Source of the DNA: Octopus sinensis
Taxonomy: Eukaryota
DNA length: 64,000 bases
Reading direction: 5' to 3'
Assembly: GCF_006345805.1 (NCBI RefSeq)
Contig: NC_043011.1
Location: 30,330,464-30,394,463 of the forward strand
Part shown: positions 12,984 through 24,513 of the stretch, one piece after another
Layout: every line of letters begins with the position of its first letter
Position numbering within the stretch: the stretch's first letter is position 1
The notes under the pieces: generated by a model
What the model was told of the DNA's origin: nothing
Databases searched by the model: none
Seen by the model: only the letters and a program-made list of their open reading frames with translations
Made by a program: the position numbers and the translations under genes

Positions 12984-13399
12984 GGCAGCGAGCTGGCAGA
13001 AACGTTAGCACGCCGGGCGAAATGCTTTGCAGTATTTCGTCTGCCGTTACGTTCTGAGTTCAAATTCCGCCGAGGTCGACTTTGCCTTTCATCCTTTCGA
13101 GGCTGATAAATTAAGTACCAGTTCCGCACTGGAGTCGATGTAATCGACTTAATCCGTTTGTCTGTCCTTGCTTGTCCTCTCTGTGTTTAGCCCCTTGTGG
13201 GTAGTAAAAAAAATAGGTATTTCGTCTGCCGTTACGTTCTGAGTTCAAACTCCGCCGAGGTCGACTTTGCCTTTCATCCTTTCTGGGTCGATTAAATAAG
13301 TACCAGTTACGCACTGGGGTCGATATAATCGACTTAATCCGTTTATCTGTCCTTGTTTGTTCCCTCTGTGTGTAGCCCCTTGTAGGCAGTAAAGAAATA
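12984..13399 (+). mobile_element. Dimeric Nin-type SINE with 17-bp TSD and a 28-nt extra 5' segment
   Basis: TSD TAAGAGAAAGAGAGGGA at 12939-12955 and 13398-13414. Confidence 0.88.
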
Positions 13400-14356
13400 A
13401 GAGAAAGAGAGGGAGAGATAGATAGATAGATATATAGAGAGAGGGTGAGATGAGATACGGAGAAAGAGAGGGATAGAGAGGGAGGGAGGGAGACAGAGAG
13501 ACAAGAGAAGAGAGATTGCAGTAATCCTCAATTAGTATGAATTTAATGTTAAAAACAGAATATAATCGGTTTATTATTTCCTTGCAACATGAACAGGCAT
13601 TTTAACGCCCATTTCCTTGGAGGTGACTCTCCATCCATCCACCATAAATATATATAAAGAGAACGAGGGAGAGAGCGCGCCAGGGAAGGAGAGAGGAGCA
13701 AAGGGTGGGAGAGAGACTTGTGTATGGTAACTGTTGTTATCGGTAGAGACGCTATTGTTGGCTAGCGTTTCGTTCAACGATGAAGCGGGACAAAGCATAT
13801 GCAGTAAACAGATGCTGCTGCAACAGGAACACGATAGAACGATAGACAGACAAATAGACAAATAGATTCACTGACTGATAAACAGAGAGTTAAATGGAAT
13901 GACAGAGCAAGAAAAGGAAAGAAAAAGACAAGCTTTTAGTTGACTGAAACGGTTGTTAGCCAAAGAGTCCTTGGTCTGTCGTATCCTGTCGTCGACTGAA
14001 TACCATTATTCGTACCAAATATGTCTAAATTTCGCTGACTTACTTTCCAAAGCAGTACAAAGGTACTTATAAGTGAGCGTAATATTCCTCGGGTGATGCA
14101 TATTTAATGTAAGACCATCAGCTAGATATCTCACTCGGTTAGACCGGATTCCTAAACGCATACACAGAGGCTGGATTAACCATTAAGCCAAATAAGCATG
14201 TGCTTAGGGTATCATGGGAAGGAGTGGGGCACCATAGAAATGGTAAATGGCTTACGGCACAAAAGAAATTACTTGAAACTTGCTAAGATAATATCAAGGA
14301 TGCCTCACCTTTGCTAAGTATAGAAGCAGATTTGTTACGTAAGATTAATTTTGCGC

Positions 14357-14740
14357 TGGCAGAATCGTTAATATGCCAGGCGAAATGCTTAGCCGTATTT
14401 CGTCTGCCGCTACGTTCTAAGTTCAAATTCCGCCGAGGTCGATTTTACCTTTCATCCTTTCGGGGTCGATTAAATAAGTACCAGTTACGCACTGGGGTCG
14501 GTATAATCTACTTAATCCGTTTGTCTGTCCTTGTTTGTCCCCTCTGTGTGTAGCCCCTTGTGGGTAGTAAAGAAATTGGTATTCGTCTGTCTTTACGTTC
14601 TGAGTTCAAATTCCGACGTGGTCCACTTTGCCTTTTATACTATAGGGGTGGATAAAATAAGTACCAGTTGAGCACAGGGGTCAATGTAATCGACTTGCCT
14701 CCTCCGAAATTGCAGGCCTCGTGCCAAAATTTGAAACCAG
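14357..14740 (+). mobile_element. Dimeric Nin-type SINE (second unit has a different tail)
   Basis: Two B-box/Nin domains joined at AAGAAATT-GGTATTCGTC. Confidence 0.82.
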
Positions 14741-14929
14741 TATTAGTACTTAACTATTTTAAATAGTTGTAGTTGTAGTATTGTTCTCTACTGTCACCCT
14801 TCCTTTGCTTTTTGTTATTCCCTTAATTTTATCACTAGTTCTACACCAAAATAACTTTTCACTTGTCCATTGTAATTTGATGCTGGCGATTGTGGGATCA
14901 CTCGGTGTTGTCCACATCATCGCTCTACT

Positions 14930-15063
14930 TCCTCTTCTTCTACCTCTTCTTCTTCCTTTTCTTTTTCTTTTTCTTTTTCTTCTTCTTCTTCTTCTTCTTC
15001 TTCTTCTTCTTCTTCTTCTTCTTCTTCTTCTTCTTCTTCTTCTTCTTCTTCTTCTTCTTCTTC
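14930..15063. repeat. (CTT)n microsatellite
   Basis: Direct inspection. Confidence 0.95.
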
Positions 15064-15689
15064 TCTCTTTTATTCATCTTTTTTCTTCTCTCGTCTTTTT
15101 CATTTTCTACTGCTTTTTCATTCCCTAACCATACTTTTATCTATTTTGGTATTGACACTTTACTTGCCATGTTCATACACACGCACACACACACACACGC
15201 GCGCACAATCCCTCCCCCTCTCTCTCTCACAATACACTCATACTCACAAACACACGCTCTCACACACACTCACACACACAATGCCCATTTTCGCACGCTC
15301 CTTCCTTCAAAATCCACATTCCCTATCTCTATCCAGCTTCCGGTCAGTAATTTTTCGGCCATGTAACGACACACGAGCTTATCTCTGGACTCTCTACTCC
15401 TTCCTCTTTTTGTCTCCTCTGTGTATGTTTCGTATCGATTATATGGAGCGTTATGGCAAGGAATTATTTTTTATTGTTGTTGTTGACTGGATATGATCGT
15501 CTCAGAATATATAAAAGTGAACAAAGACCAGCAGGAAATAAAGTTGGTTCGATGCCTGGATGTGTCTTATATCCCTTAGATGGCTGATACTACTGGAGAA
15601 AGTTACGAAAGAGGAAACGTTCCATTTTGCTTTTGTTTTCGATTGGTATTACTCTTCGAATCTTGCTGATATCTATTTCTCTTTCTCTC

Positions 15690-16070
15690 TTTTTTCTTTT
15701 ACTTGTTTCAGTCATTTGACTGCGGCCATGCTGGAGCACCGCCTTTAGTCGAGAAAAATCGACCCCGGACTTATTCTTTTGTAAGCCCAGTACTTATTCT
15801 ATCGGTCTCTTTTGCCGAACCGCTAAGTAACGGGGACGTAAACACACCAGCATCGGTTGTCAAGCGATGTTGGGGGTACAAACACAGACACACAAACATA
15901 TAAACACACATACATATATATATATATATACATATATACGACAGGCTTCTTTCAGTTTCCGTCTACCAAATCCACTCACAAGGCTTTGGTCGGCCCGAGG
16001 CTATAGTAGAAGACACTTGCCCAAGTTGCCACGCAGTGGGACTGAACCCGGAACCATGTGGTTGGTTAGC
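15690..16070 (-). mobile_element. CORE-type SINE, slightly 5'-truncated
   Basis: Reverse complement of the 11108-11500 family. Confidence 0.88.
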
Positions 16071-18368
16071 CTATTTGAATAACTATTACTTCACAGTTTA
16101 TAAAACAAACACCAGTAACATACTTGGTATTATTCTATGAAGCAAATAAATATATTACTCCAAAGAAAGAAAAATAAAAACGCCATAATGTCTAGAAAAT
16201 AAATACAAGTTTGGGAATATTTCAATTTTATTATTCTCTAAGACACTTGAAATATATAAATACTTCAAATCGCCAACATTTTGAGAAAAAAGTATTTCAT
16301 TGTTACGTCATCACAATTACATTTATTTTTGTATTAACACAAAAGGAAAAAATGGAAAACTTTAAAGTGTATATTATTGCGTTATATTGTGTCTTTAGTC
16401 GAGAAGTTTTGAGATATTCCATACATGACGTAAATTTAATCTCGCCCACTCCTGTTACTTTTGGCTATAAAAAGCCGGTCATTTCTCACTTCTATCGAGG
16501 AACCGGAATAGATCTAATCTCACTTGATTAGAACTGATCTTGCATAGGTCAACAAAACACTTGGTAAGTATATCAGGTGAGTACAAAACGAAACTTACAG
16601 AACATCTGTTTTAGGTTTCGTTATGTCTTCGGCATAATGTCTAAGCATTTTAAGCTTTGGAAGCCATTGGTGTTTAGAAGCCAGTCACGGATGTTAGAAA
16701 ATCATAAAATTGACTTTTATAAAACTGACGGAAAAAAGCCCCATTTATAGCGCGATAATGGAAATTTTTAGTCAGCCATTAGTAATAGTTTAGTCTGCTA
16801 TAAGACTCGACTAAACTTACAACTTTGACTTTCCAAGTTAGCATAAAGTCCGCTTTGAGGAACGTAAGATTAAAGTAAATATAAAATTAAGTGAAAATAA
16901 AATCTAATTGAGATTGTTTACAATGATCAGGTCAGTTTTATGAACCCTTGAGTATTTAAGCACTCTCTACAATATGCTAGTTGGTGTCATAATATAGTTG
17001 TAAAGTCTATGGGTATGTCACGTAACTGTATAGATTCTTAACCAGGCTCTCTCAGTGCAGGAAACCTGGGGGTTTCCAATCAGAAACCACGGTAATGTTC
17101 ATTACTATTGCTACTTCTATACAACTTATATATTCCGGTTTTTTATAGGTAATTGCAGGGAAATGGCTGATTCAAGGAACTTCACGAGAGCACTGCTGAC
17201 AGCGGTGCAATGATGGTAGCATTAAAACAACGTCGGCTGGATTCGAACTCCATTGGTATCCTACTTTTATAGGATTTTAATAAATTTGATAAAATAAAAC
17301 TCGCAAATAAAAGATAATCAGTATTTGTCCAACTTTGGAACTGCAAGCATCCGTTTTCCCTCGCCATGGATTACTATCAAACTATTCCCTCTGATCTTGG
17401 ATCCACCTAATGAATACCCGTTTTAACTGGATTTAATTGGTTTTCTCCTCCATTTCTAGACATAAAGAATCACAACTATCATTGATGAGGAACTTTCTTC
17501 CTCCGTTACATGTCTAACTTGTTTCTCTCCGATGACTGTATACTTAACCTGTGGAATCTTACGATGTTCCACTAACTAGGATATTCTAGAAACGGCTGTC
17601 AGAGGTTTATCCTTATATATGCATCTATACATATAGACACAAATATGTGTGTGTGTGTGTACGCGTGTGCGTGCGTGCGGGTGTGTGTGTGTGTGTGTGT
17701 GCAATAATCTATTACAAATCGTAGTCTCTATGGGTGTACAGTTGTATATTGCTACAGAAACATTTGGTGATTATATTCTGTTTAATGAACTGATCAGACC
17801 TAGAGCCATCAAAAAGGACTCCATAACACTGCCACCCGCTGTTATTATGTATATATATATATATATATATATGCCTATAAACATGCACATACATACATAC
17901 ATACATACATACATACATACATACGTACATATGTACGAGTGTGTGTGAGTATGTATACGCATACTTTACATCACACAGTGTGTTTGTCCAGAAATTTCTC
18001 CCGATGGACAACTTTTATGATATAGGAATGAAAAGCGAAAAACAGTGTGGGGGATGCCTTTAGCTTTCGGATAATTATGGGAATTCGTCACATGTTTCTA
18101 ATAATCACAGAAATTCCATTATTTTATCGCAAAAAATAATCTTAGACAATTAACTTTCGCTCTATGACATTCGCATTCCCCTCTAACTCTTTATTCAACT
18201 TTGATAATATTATTTTGGATGTCTTTGTGTGTATGTATTTGTATTTGTGTTTGTATACGTGTGTGTATATATAATGTGTGCGCGTATATGTATATATATA
18301 TGTATGTATGTATACATATATGTATATATATATATGTGTATGTGTGTATGTATATATAGAAATATATA

Positions 18369-18432
<64 letters not shown>

Positions 18433-19228
18433 ATATGTGTGTGTGTGTAGCTATATATGAATTATACATTAACAGAACTGATTGTATTGATACAGTTTTT
18501 CATCAGCAAAGATATGAACTATCGATAAAAAATAGCAAATTTGAGAACGAGAGAGAAAGAATGAGAGAGAGAGATGGAGAAAGGAGGAGGAGGAGAAAGA
18601 CAGAGGACTGTGAATAGATAAGTAGAGTGCTGGAGAAAGTGGTAAACGTAGAGCAATTAATCGAGAGAGAAATCGAGGGAGAGAGAGATAGTGAACGAAA
18701 GAGTGCTCTCTGGAGACTGTGTTTGTTATCCTATGTAGAACGCTATACCATGTATATTCATATTTACACTCATTTACAAGATACGTAAACGAATACATAG
18801 AATTTAATTAACCATGAAGCAAGCTAGCAAATTCACAATGAAGTATATCAAGAAAAATACAAATCAAAAGCAATATTATTAATGGGTTTATAAATCGGTA
18901 TTTTCGTTTTACTAAAAATATCGGTTCTTTACTGTGTATTGTCAAAAGATAATTCCTATTTATAAAGCATTTTCCTTTGCGATGTGAGTTTCTTTTTATC
19001 CTTGGTTTTGGTTTTTTCCTCTAAGTTCCATCGTTTGTAGTTTAAAAAAAAAAAAAAACTTTTGCTCATTATACAAATCACACCAACAATGTATTTTTCA
19101 AGAGCATCAAAATTAATATAATTTGGAGAACTGTATGTCAGATGAAAAGACTCTCGTCCGTCATCAAGTGGCGTGTTGTCTTTTTATTAATAATTTTTTT
19201 CCAGTATATGACCAACCAATCACTCCAC

Positions 19229-19278
<50 letters not shown>

Positions 19279-19302
19279 TCCAGTTCATATACTGTAAAAA
19301 AA

Positions 19303-19620
19303 TCTTTATATATAAAAGTGAAGTTGTGTGTCTGTCTTCTACGATTTAGATTCCTAACTACTCCCACATTTTGCGGTGCAGTGTAACCAAAAGCGGGTAT
19401 CTTATAGTCGTGATTCATATCGAACCCTTCTGGGTATTAGCGCGCGTCTACGATGAGTCTACGATGAGTCTACGATGAGTCTACGATTAAAAAAAATTAC
19501 CATCATTTTTTCCTATTTTTAATGCATTTTTTTGATATTATATAAGGGAAGTAACTCTCTAAAAATGCTTATATAGTTATTTCCCTTACAAATCCGAGCA
19601 ACGCCGGGCGATACTGCTAG
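19303..19620 (+). mobile_element. Non-autonomous Helitron
   Basis: 5' TC, 3' CTAG, subterminal GC hairpin (TCCGAGCAACGCCGGG), inserted between A and T, no TSD; internal (GTCTACGATGA)x3-4. Confidence 0.8.
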
Positions 19621-20690
19621 TTATTAATAAAAAGACAACACGCCACTGATGACGGGCGAGCGTCTTTTCATCTGACATACAGTTCTCCAAATTATATTAA
19701 CTTGATAACAACCAAACTGTCGAGTGATTTTCTCGTATGAGTACAAACTGGGTCATTTTGCCGCAGAAGATCTACAGGATATCAAGCGGGTTTTGGTAGT
19801 GGTTTTGTTGACATCAGAAATTTTCAAAGATGGTTCCAAATCTCTCGCTCAGGAGATGATATCCTTGAAAATTTTCTCGTATGAGTACAAACTGGGTCAT
19901 TCTGCCGCAGAAGATCTACAGGATATCAAGCGGGTTTTGGTAGTGGTTTTGTTGACATCAGAAATTTTCAGAGATGGTTCCAAATCTCTCGCTCAGGAGA
20001 TGATATCCTTGAAAATTTTCTCGTATGAGTACAAACTGGGTCATTCTGCAGCAGAAGATCTACAGGATATCAAGCGGGCTTTGGTAGTGGTTTTGTTGAC
20101 ATCAGAACTTTTCAGAGATGGTTCCAAATCTCTCGCTCAGGAGATGATATCCTTGAAAATAAACTAAGGGATAGGCCAAAATCAGTTATTCGGCACGATG
20201 GTTTAAATACCCGAGCAAAACCCGAGAACATGGTTGAGCAAAACCCGAGAACAAAGGGGCGAAAACTTTCATCAGAACTCCAAACATCTCGCACAACTGT
20301 TTTTTGGAAATCTGTAAAAAAATTGGAAAAGTCATGAAAGCAGTTTTGTACCAGATCAACTGAACGAGATTAAAAAAAACAAACAAACAAAAAAAAACAA
20401 AAAAAAGAGACGCCTCGAAGTGTGCTCCTTATTGCGTTCTCGACTGGAAAAAATACCATTTTTGCATCAAATCATTACTTGTGATGAGAAATAGATACTC
20501 TTTAACAACAGCAGGAGAACAGGACAGTGATTAGATGCAGGAGAGTCCCCTAAATACTACCCAAACTCACCATTGTGCCCTAAAATGTTAGTGGTCACTG
20601 TATAGTGGTCTGCGAAGGGAGTTATTCAGTATTCATTTTTGTAACAAGGGAAAACGGTAACAGCAACATCGTATTGCCAGGAAATTGATT
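19621..20690 (+). pseudogene. Degraded mariner transposase (Hsmar1/SETMAR-like) with a triplicated 144-bp N-terminal segment
   Basis: YEYKLGHSAAE...QRWF...RSGD HTH region x3 (19727-20158); downstream LHQIITCDEK catalytic-D region with stops. Confidence 0.8.
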
Positions 20691-20981
20691 GTATGCATGA
20701 GAATTTGTAGCCCTGTTTACACCCATCGTGCCGTATCTCTTTCGAGTTAAGTATCTTGGATATGGATTCGACTCAACGCCAGGACCGTGAAACGAACTGT
20801 TGGTCATTCTTTTACTAGAAAGCAGTTTTTATACTAAATTACATTATAAATTCATCAAAAATAAATACTAAAATCTAATAATACTCTGTCGCAGTATTAT
20901 TTCTGCGATGGAAATAAAAAGTTAAAAAAAAATCTCATCTGTAAGTGATTTGTGAAAATATGCTCAAATTTTTCTATCAAT

Positions 20982-20985
<4 letters not shown>

Positions 20986-21061
<76 letters not shown>

Positions 21062-21062
21062 C

Positions 21063-21147
<85 letters not shown>

Positions 21148-21167
21148 GGAGAGAGAGGGAGAGGGAG
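20986..21167. repeat. (GA)n microsatellite
   Basis: Direct inspection. Confidence 0.95.
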
Positions 21168-21709
21168 AACACAATTTGTTTACAAATAATCGACTAATTA
21201 TGTAATCTAAGCATCAAAACGTCTTAAATTAATTTTTAAAAATTTTACTCCCACAACAGCCATCATCAATTTAATGCCATGAGCAGCAACAATACCCACC
21301 ACCACCACCACCACCACCACCACTCATACTTAGACAATTCATCTATACTCCCACATACTTTACTAACTCATTTATCGCCGCTGTCATTCCACCGCCGCCA
21401 TTCCACCACCACCACCGCCTGCATTAGGAACGCATGAATTGCAGCTTTATACAAACCAAAGAGAGGGCCTCTATTTGGACGCTCGGCCTGCTAAAAATAG
21501 TAGCAAAATCTCCGTCAAATTACACCGAACTGTTTTCGAAGAGGACACATTAGATGTAATGTAATCCAAGATGTTTATTGCGTCATTGTTGCTACGCTTA
21601 CTGTTTTTGTGTTGCAGTTGTTGCAGTCTTCTTCTTCTTCTTCTTCTTCTTCTTCTTCTTCTTCTTCTTCTTCTTCTTCTTCTTCTTCTTCTTCTTCTTC
21701 TTCTTCTTC

Positions 21710-22201
21710 CAATCAGGACCTCACGCCATTAGCCACAAAGAATAATCTCTAATTCGAGCCCACTCTAAGCTAATTCGAGCCCACTCTAAGAATGCGTTTG
21801 GCAACTTGAAGATCCACCCACCACACGCGATAGACTGGTGGTTGCAGGGGCGCGAAAGCTACGTTGTTATCCTCATTCTTGTAAACGGTGGCTTTTAACG
21901 GGTGGAGAGCTGAACCATACTGGAGTACAGAGGAGTCGCAATCTAGATTAGGGTCTGAAAGTTTACCACACCATAGTGGGTTACACCATGGTTCCTCTGC
22001 TTTGTGGCAGAAGTAGGAAGAAAGAGTGAGAGAAAGTTGTGGTGAAAGACTACAGCAGGGTTCACCCCCCCCCCACCGGAGCCTCGTGGAGCTTAGGTGA
22101 TTTTGCTCAATAAACATTCACAATGCCCGGTCTGGGAATCGAAATCGCGTTTTGGCGACCGCGAGTCCGCTGCCCTAACCACTGGGCCATTGCGCCTCCA
22201 C
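21710..22201 (-). mobile_element. tRNA-derived SINE (head H1 + long alternative tail T4 ending in (GAA)n)
   Basis: H1 head/body at 22010-22201; unique ~300-bp tail running into the (CTT)n tract 21628-21709. Confidence 0.7.
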
Positions 22202-22269
22202 AGTTGTTGCTGTTGGTGCATTTTGCGCTACACTTGATGTTGTTGCACATTTTGTTTTTGTATTATGAT

Positions 22270-23243
22270 TCCGGCGAAATTCTGGCTTAGCGTTCCATAT
22301 AACACCTAATCACTTTTTTCTAATTTTTGGAATTTGCAGAAAATTTTCGTGAATTTGTGTTCTACATGAGAATTGATACGATTATGGATAAGAAATTTTG
22401 TATGGTGTGTGATTTTTCTGGCTATTTAGCTGATGTTTTAAGCAAATCCTATGACCACCTGATACCATCCTCGTTTCTTTGTTATTTCTTTATTGCCCAC
22501 AAGAGGCTAAATATAGAGGGGACAAACAAGGTCAGACAAGGGATTAAATCGATTGCATCGACTCCCGTGCGTAACTGGTACTTATTTAATCGACCACGAA
22601 AGGATGAAAGGCTAAGTCGACCTCGGCGGAATTTGAACTCAGAACGTAGCAGCAGACGAAATACCTATTTCTTTACTACCCTCAAGGGGCTAAACACAGA
22701 GGGGACAAACAAGGACAGACAAATGGATTAAGTTGATTATATCGACCCCAGTGCGTAACTGCTACTTATTTATTCGACCACGAAAGGATGAAAGGATAAG
22801 TCGACCTCGGCGGAATTTGAACTCAGAACAGAACGTAACGGCAGACGAAATACCGCAAACATTTCGCCCGGCGTGCTAACGTTTCTGCCAGCTCGCCGCC
22901 TTATCCTCGTTTCTTTGTAATGATGTTTTTCAATATTCTGTTCCCCATAAACACATATAATGGAATAATAACACACCCAAGGGTGGTCCACTTCAGGGAT
23001 TTAAGCAAAAAATTTGTAGTGTCAGTATTTTTAAGTCTGATTTTAAAGAAAAATTCAATAAAGAGTGGAAATTTTAGGATTTGGACAGAGGGTGGAGGAA
23101 GGATTTAAGAAAACATTTCTTTTTGCATAATCGTACAAATTCCCGTGAGTAAAACATAAATTCGCAAAAATTTTCTGAAAATTCCAAAAAATGTAAGTTA
23201 TGAGGATTTATATAGAGTGCTTAAACCGGAAATCCGCCATGAT
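22270..23243. mobile_element. Old MITE-like element with ~130-bp degenerate TIRs, carrying a nested SINE
   Basis: 22270-22400 is an imperfect reverse complement of 23110-23243 (e.g. TTTTTGGAATTTGCAGAAAATTTT vs AAAATTTTCTGAAAATTCCAAAAAA). Confidence 0.65.
22483..22900 (-). mobile_element. Dimeric Nin-type SINE with 16-bp TSD
   Basis: TSD ATCCTCGTTTCTTTGT at 22467-22482 and 22903-22918. Confidence 0.9.
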
Positions 23244-23299
23244 TGTTATTGATGCTTTTTCTGATGTTACGATTATTGCTTTGTAATGGTTGCTGTTGG

Positions 23300-23766
23300 T
23301 GCTGTTATTTTTTTGTTTTACGGTTACCGTTTTCTCTGATATGATAACTGCTGATGTTGGCTTTGTGTTACAGATGCTGTCATAGCTGTTTTCTGAGGTG
23401 TTACACTTGGTACTACTATTGTTTTTCTGTTACAGTACTGGATGTCACATTGCTGGATGTTACACTGCTGGATGTTACATTGTTTTTGTGTTACAGGTGC
23501 TGTCATAACTGTTTTCTGAGGTGTTACATTTTCTACTATTATTATTGGTTTTGCGTTACATTGTTGGATGTTACATTGCTTTATGTTACACGTGCGGTCA
23601 TAACTGTTTTCTGAGGTATTACATTTTCTACTATTATTATTGTTCTTGCGTTACATTGTTGGATGTTACAATACTGGATGTTTCATTGCTTTGTGTTACA
23701 TTTGCTGTCATAACTGTTTTCTGTGGTGTTACATTTGCTACTGTCACTGTTTCTGAGTTACATTGT
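23300..23766. repeat. Degenerate GTTACA-based higher-order minisatellite
   Basis: ~95-120-bp units starting GCTGTCATAACTGTTTTCTG with 15-bp subunits CTGGATGTTACATTG. Confidence 0.8.
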
Positions 23767-23941
23767 CGGATGACCACGAATTTTCTCGTCAACCAAAGCA
23801 GAAACTTTCAAACGTTTACAATTGGAGTATTTGTACCCCTGTCCTCCACCACAACGCGAATCTGCATAATCACTCCACTTCACATGGGACCACCGGTCTT
23901 TGGTCTGGTATTGTTTGCAACAGCAGCTCGAATTATTTATA

Positions 23942-24513
23942 TTGGGTTGTCCGGAGAGTTTGTGCTGATTTTTAAAGGAAAGAAAAGGTCAATAAATACT
24001 TGCCATTACATTTTCAATCAACCAAATATGAACCGTTTTGTTGCACAATGCGTCTCCATCTTTTCGTCAACTTGAAAATACCCTCTTCCCAGATTTTAGG
24101 TGGTTTCAGGTCAAAGAATTCCTCAAGGTATCTTTTTACGTCGTCCAAGGAATTGAAATTTTTACCATTAAGACTATTCTTCAGAGACCTGAATAAGTGG
24201 AAATCCGAATATGGTGAATATGGAGGGTGGGGTAACACATCCCAGCCGAGCTGCAGCAATTTTTGCCTGGTTCCCAAAGTATCAAGTGCTGAAAATGAAC
24301 TTTCTTATCTTCCATTTTACAGGGTTACAGAATTAACACAGGTTATAGGAACATAGACCTTCTTGATAAAAGATAGCTTAAACTGTGCTCTAAAGATAGC
24401 TTAAACTGTGCTCTAAATGGAGGTCAAATCTTATTTTATGGACTCAACCATGTTCTAAAATAAGTCGAAAGGTAAGCTACTATAAATCGGCACGAACATT
24501 CCGGACAACACAA
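23942..24513 (-). mobile_element. Internally deleted mariner, copy 2
   Basis: Same TIRs, TA duplication and deletion junction as 6514-7072; ORF 24014-24277 is the transposase C-terminus. Confidence 0.92.

Noticed and set aside
17149-17270. Possible plus-strand exon after TTTTTTATAG
   Set aside because: Stops in all frames and no convincing donor or homology
19645-19675. CTGATGA followed by a small hairpin
   Set aside because: No downstream GAAA or stems I/III; the other arm of the inverted repeat reads TTGATGA
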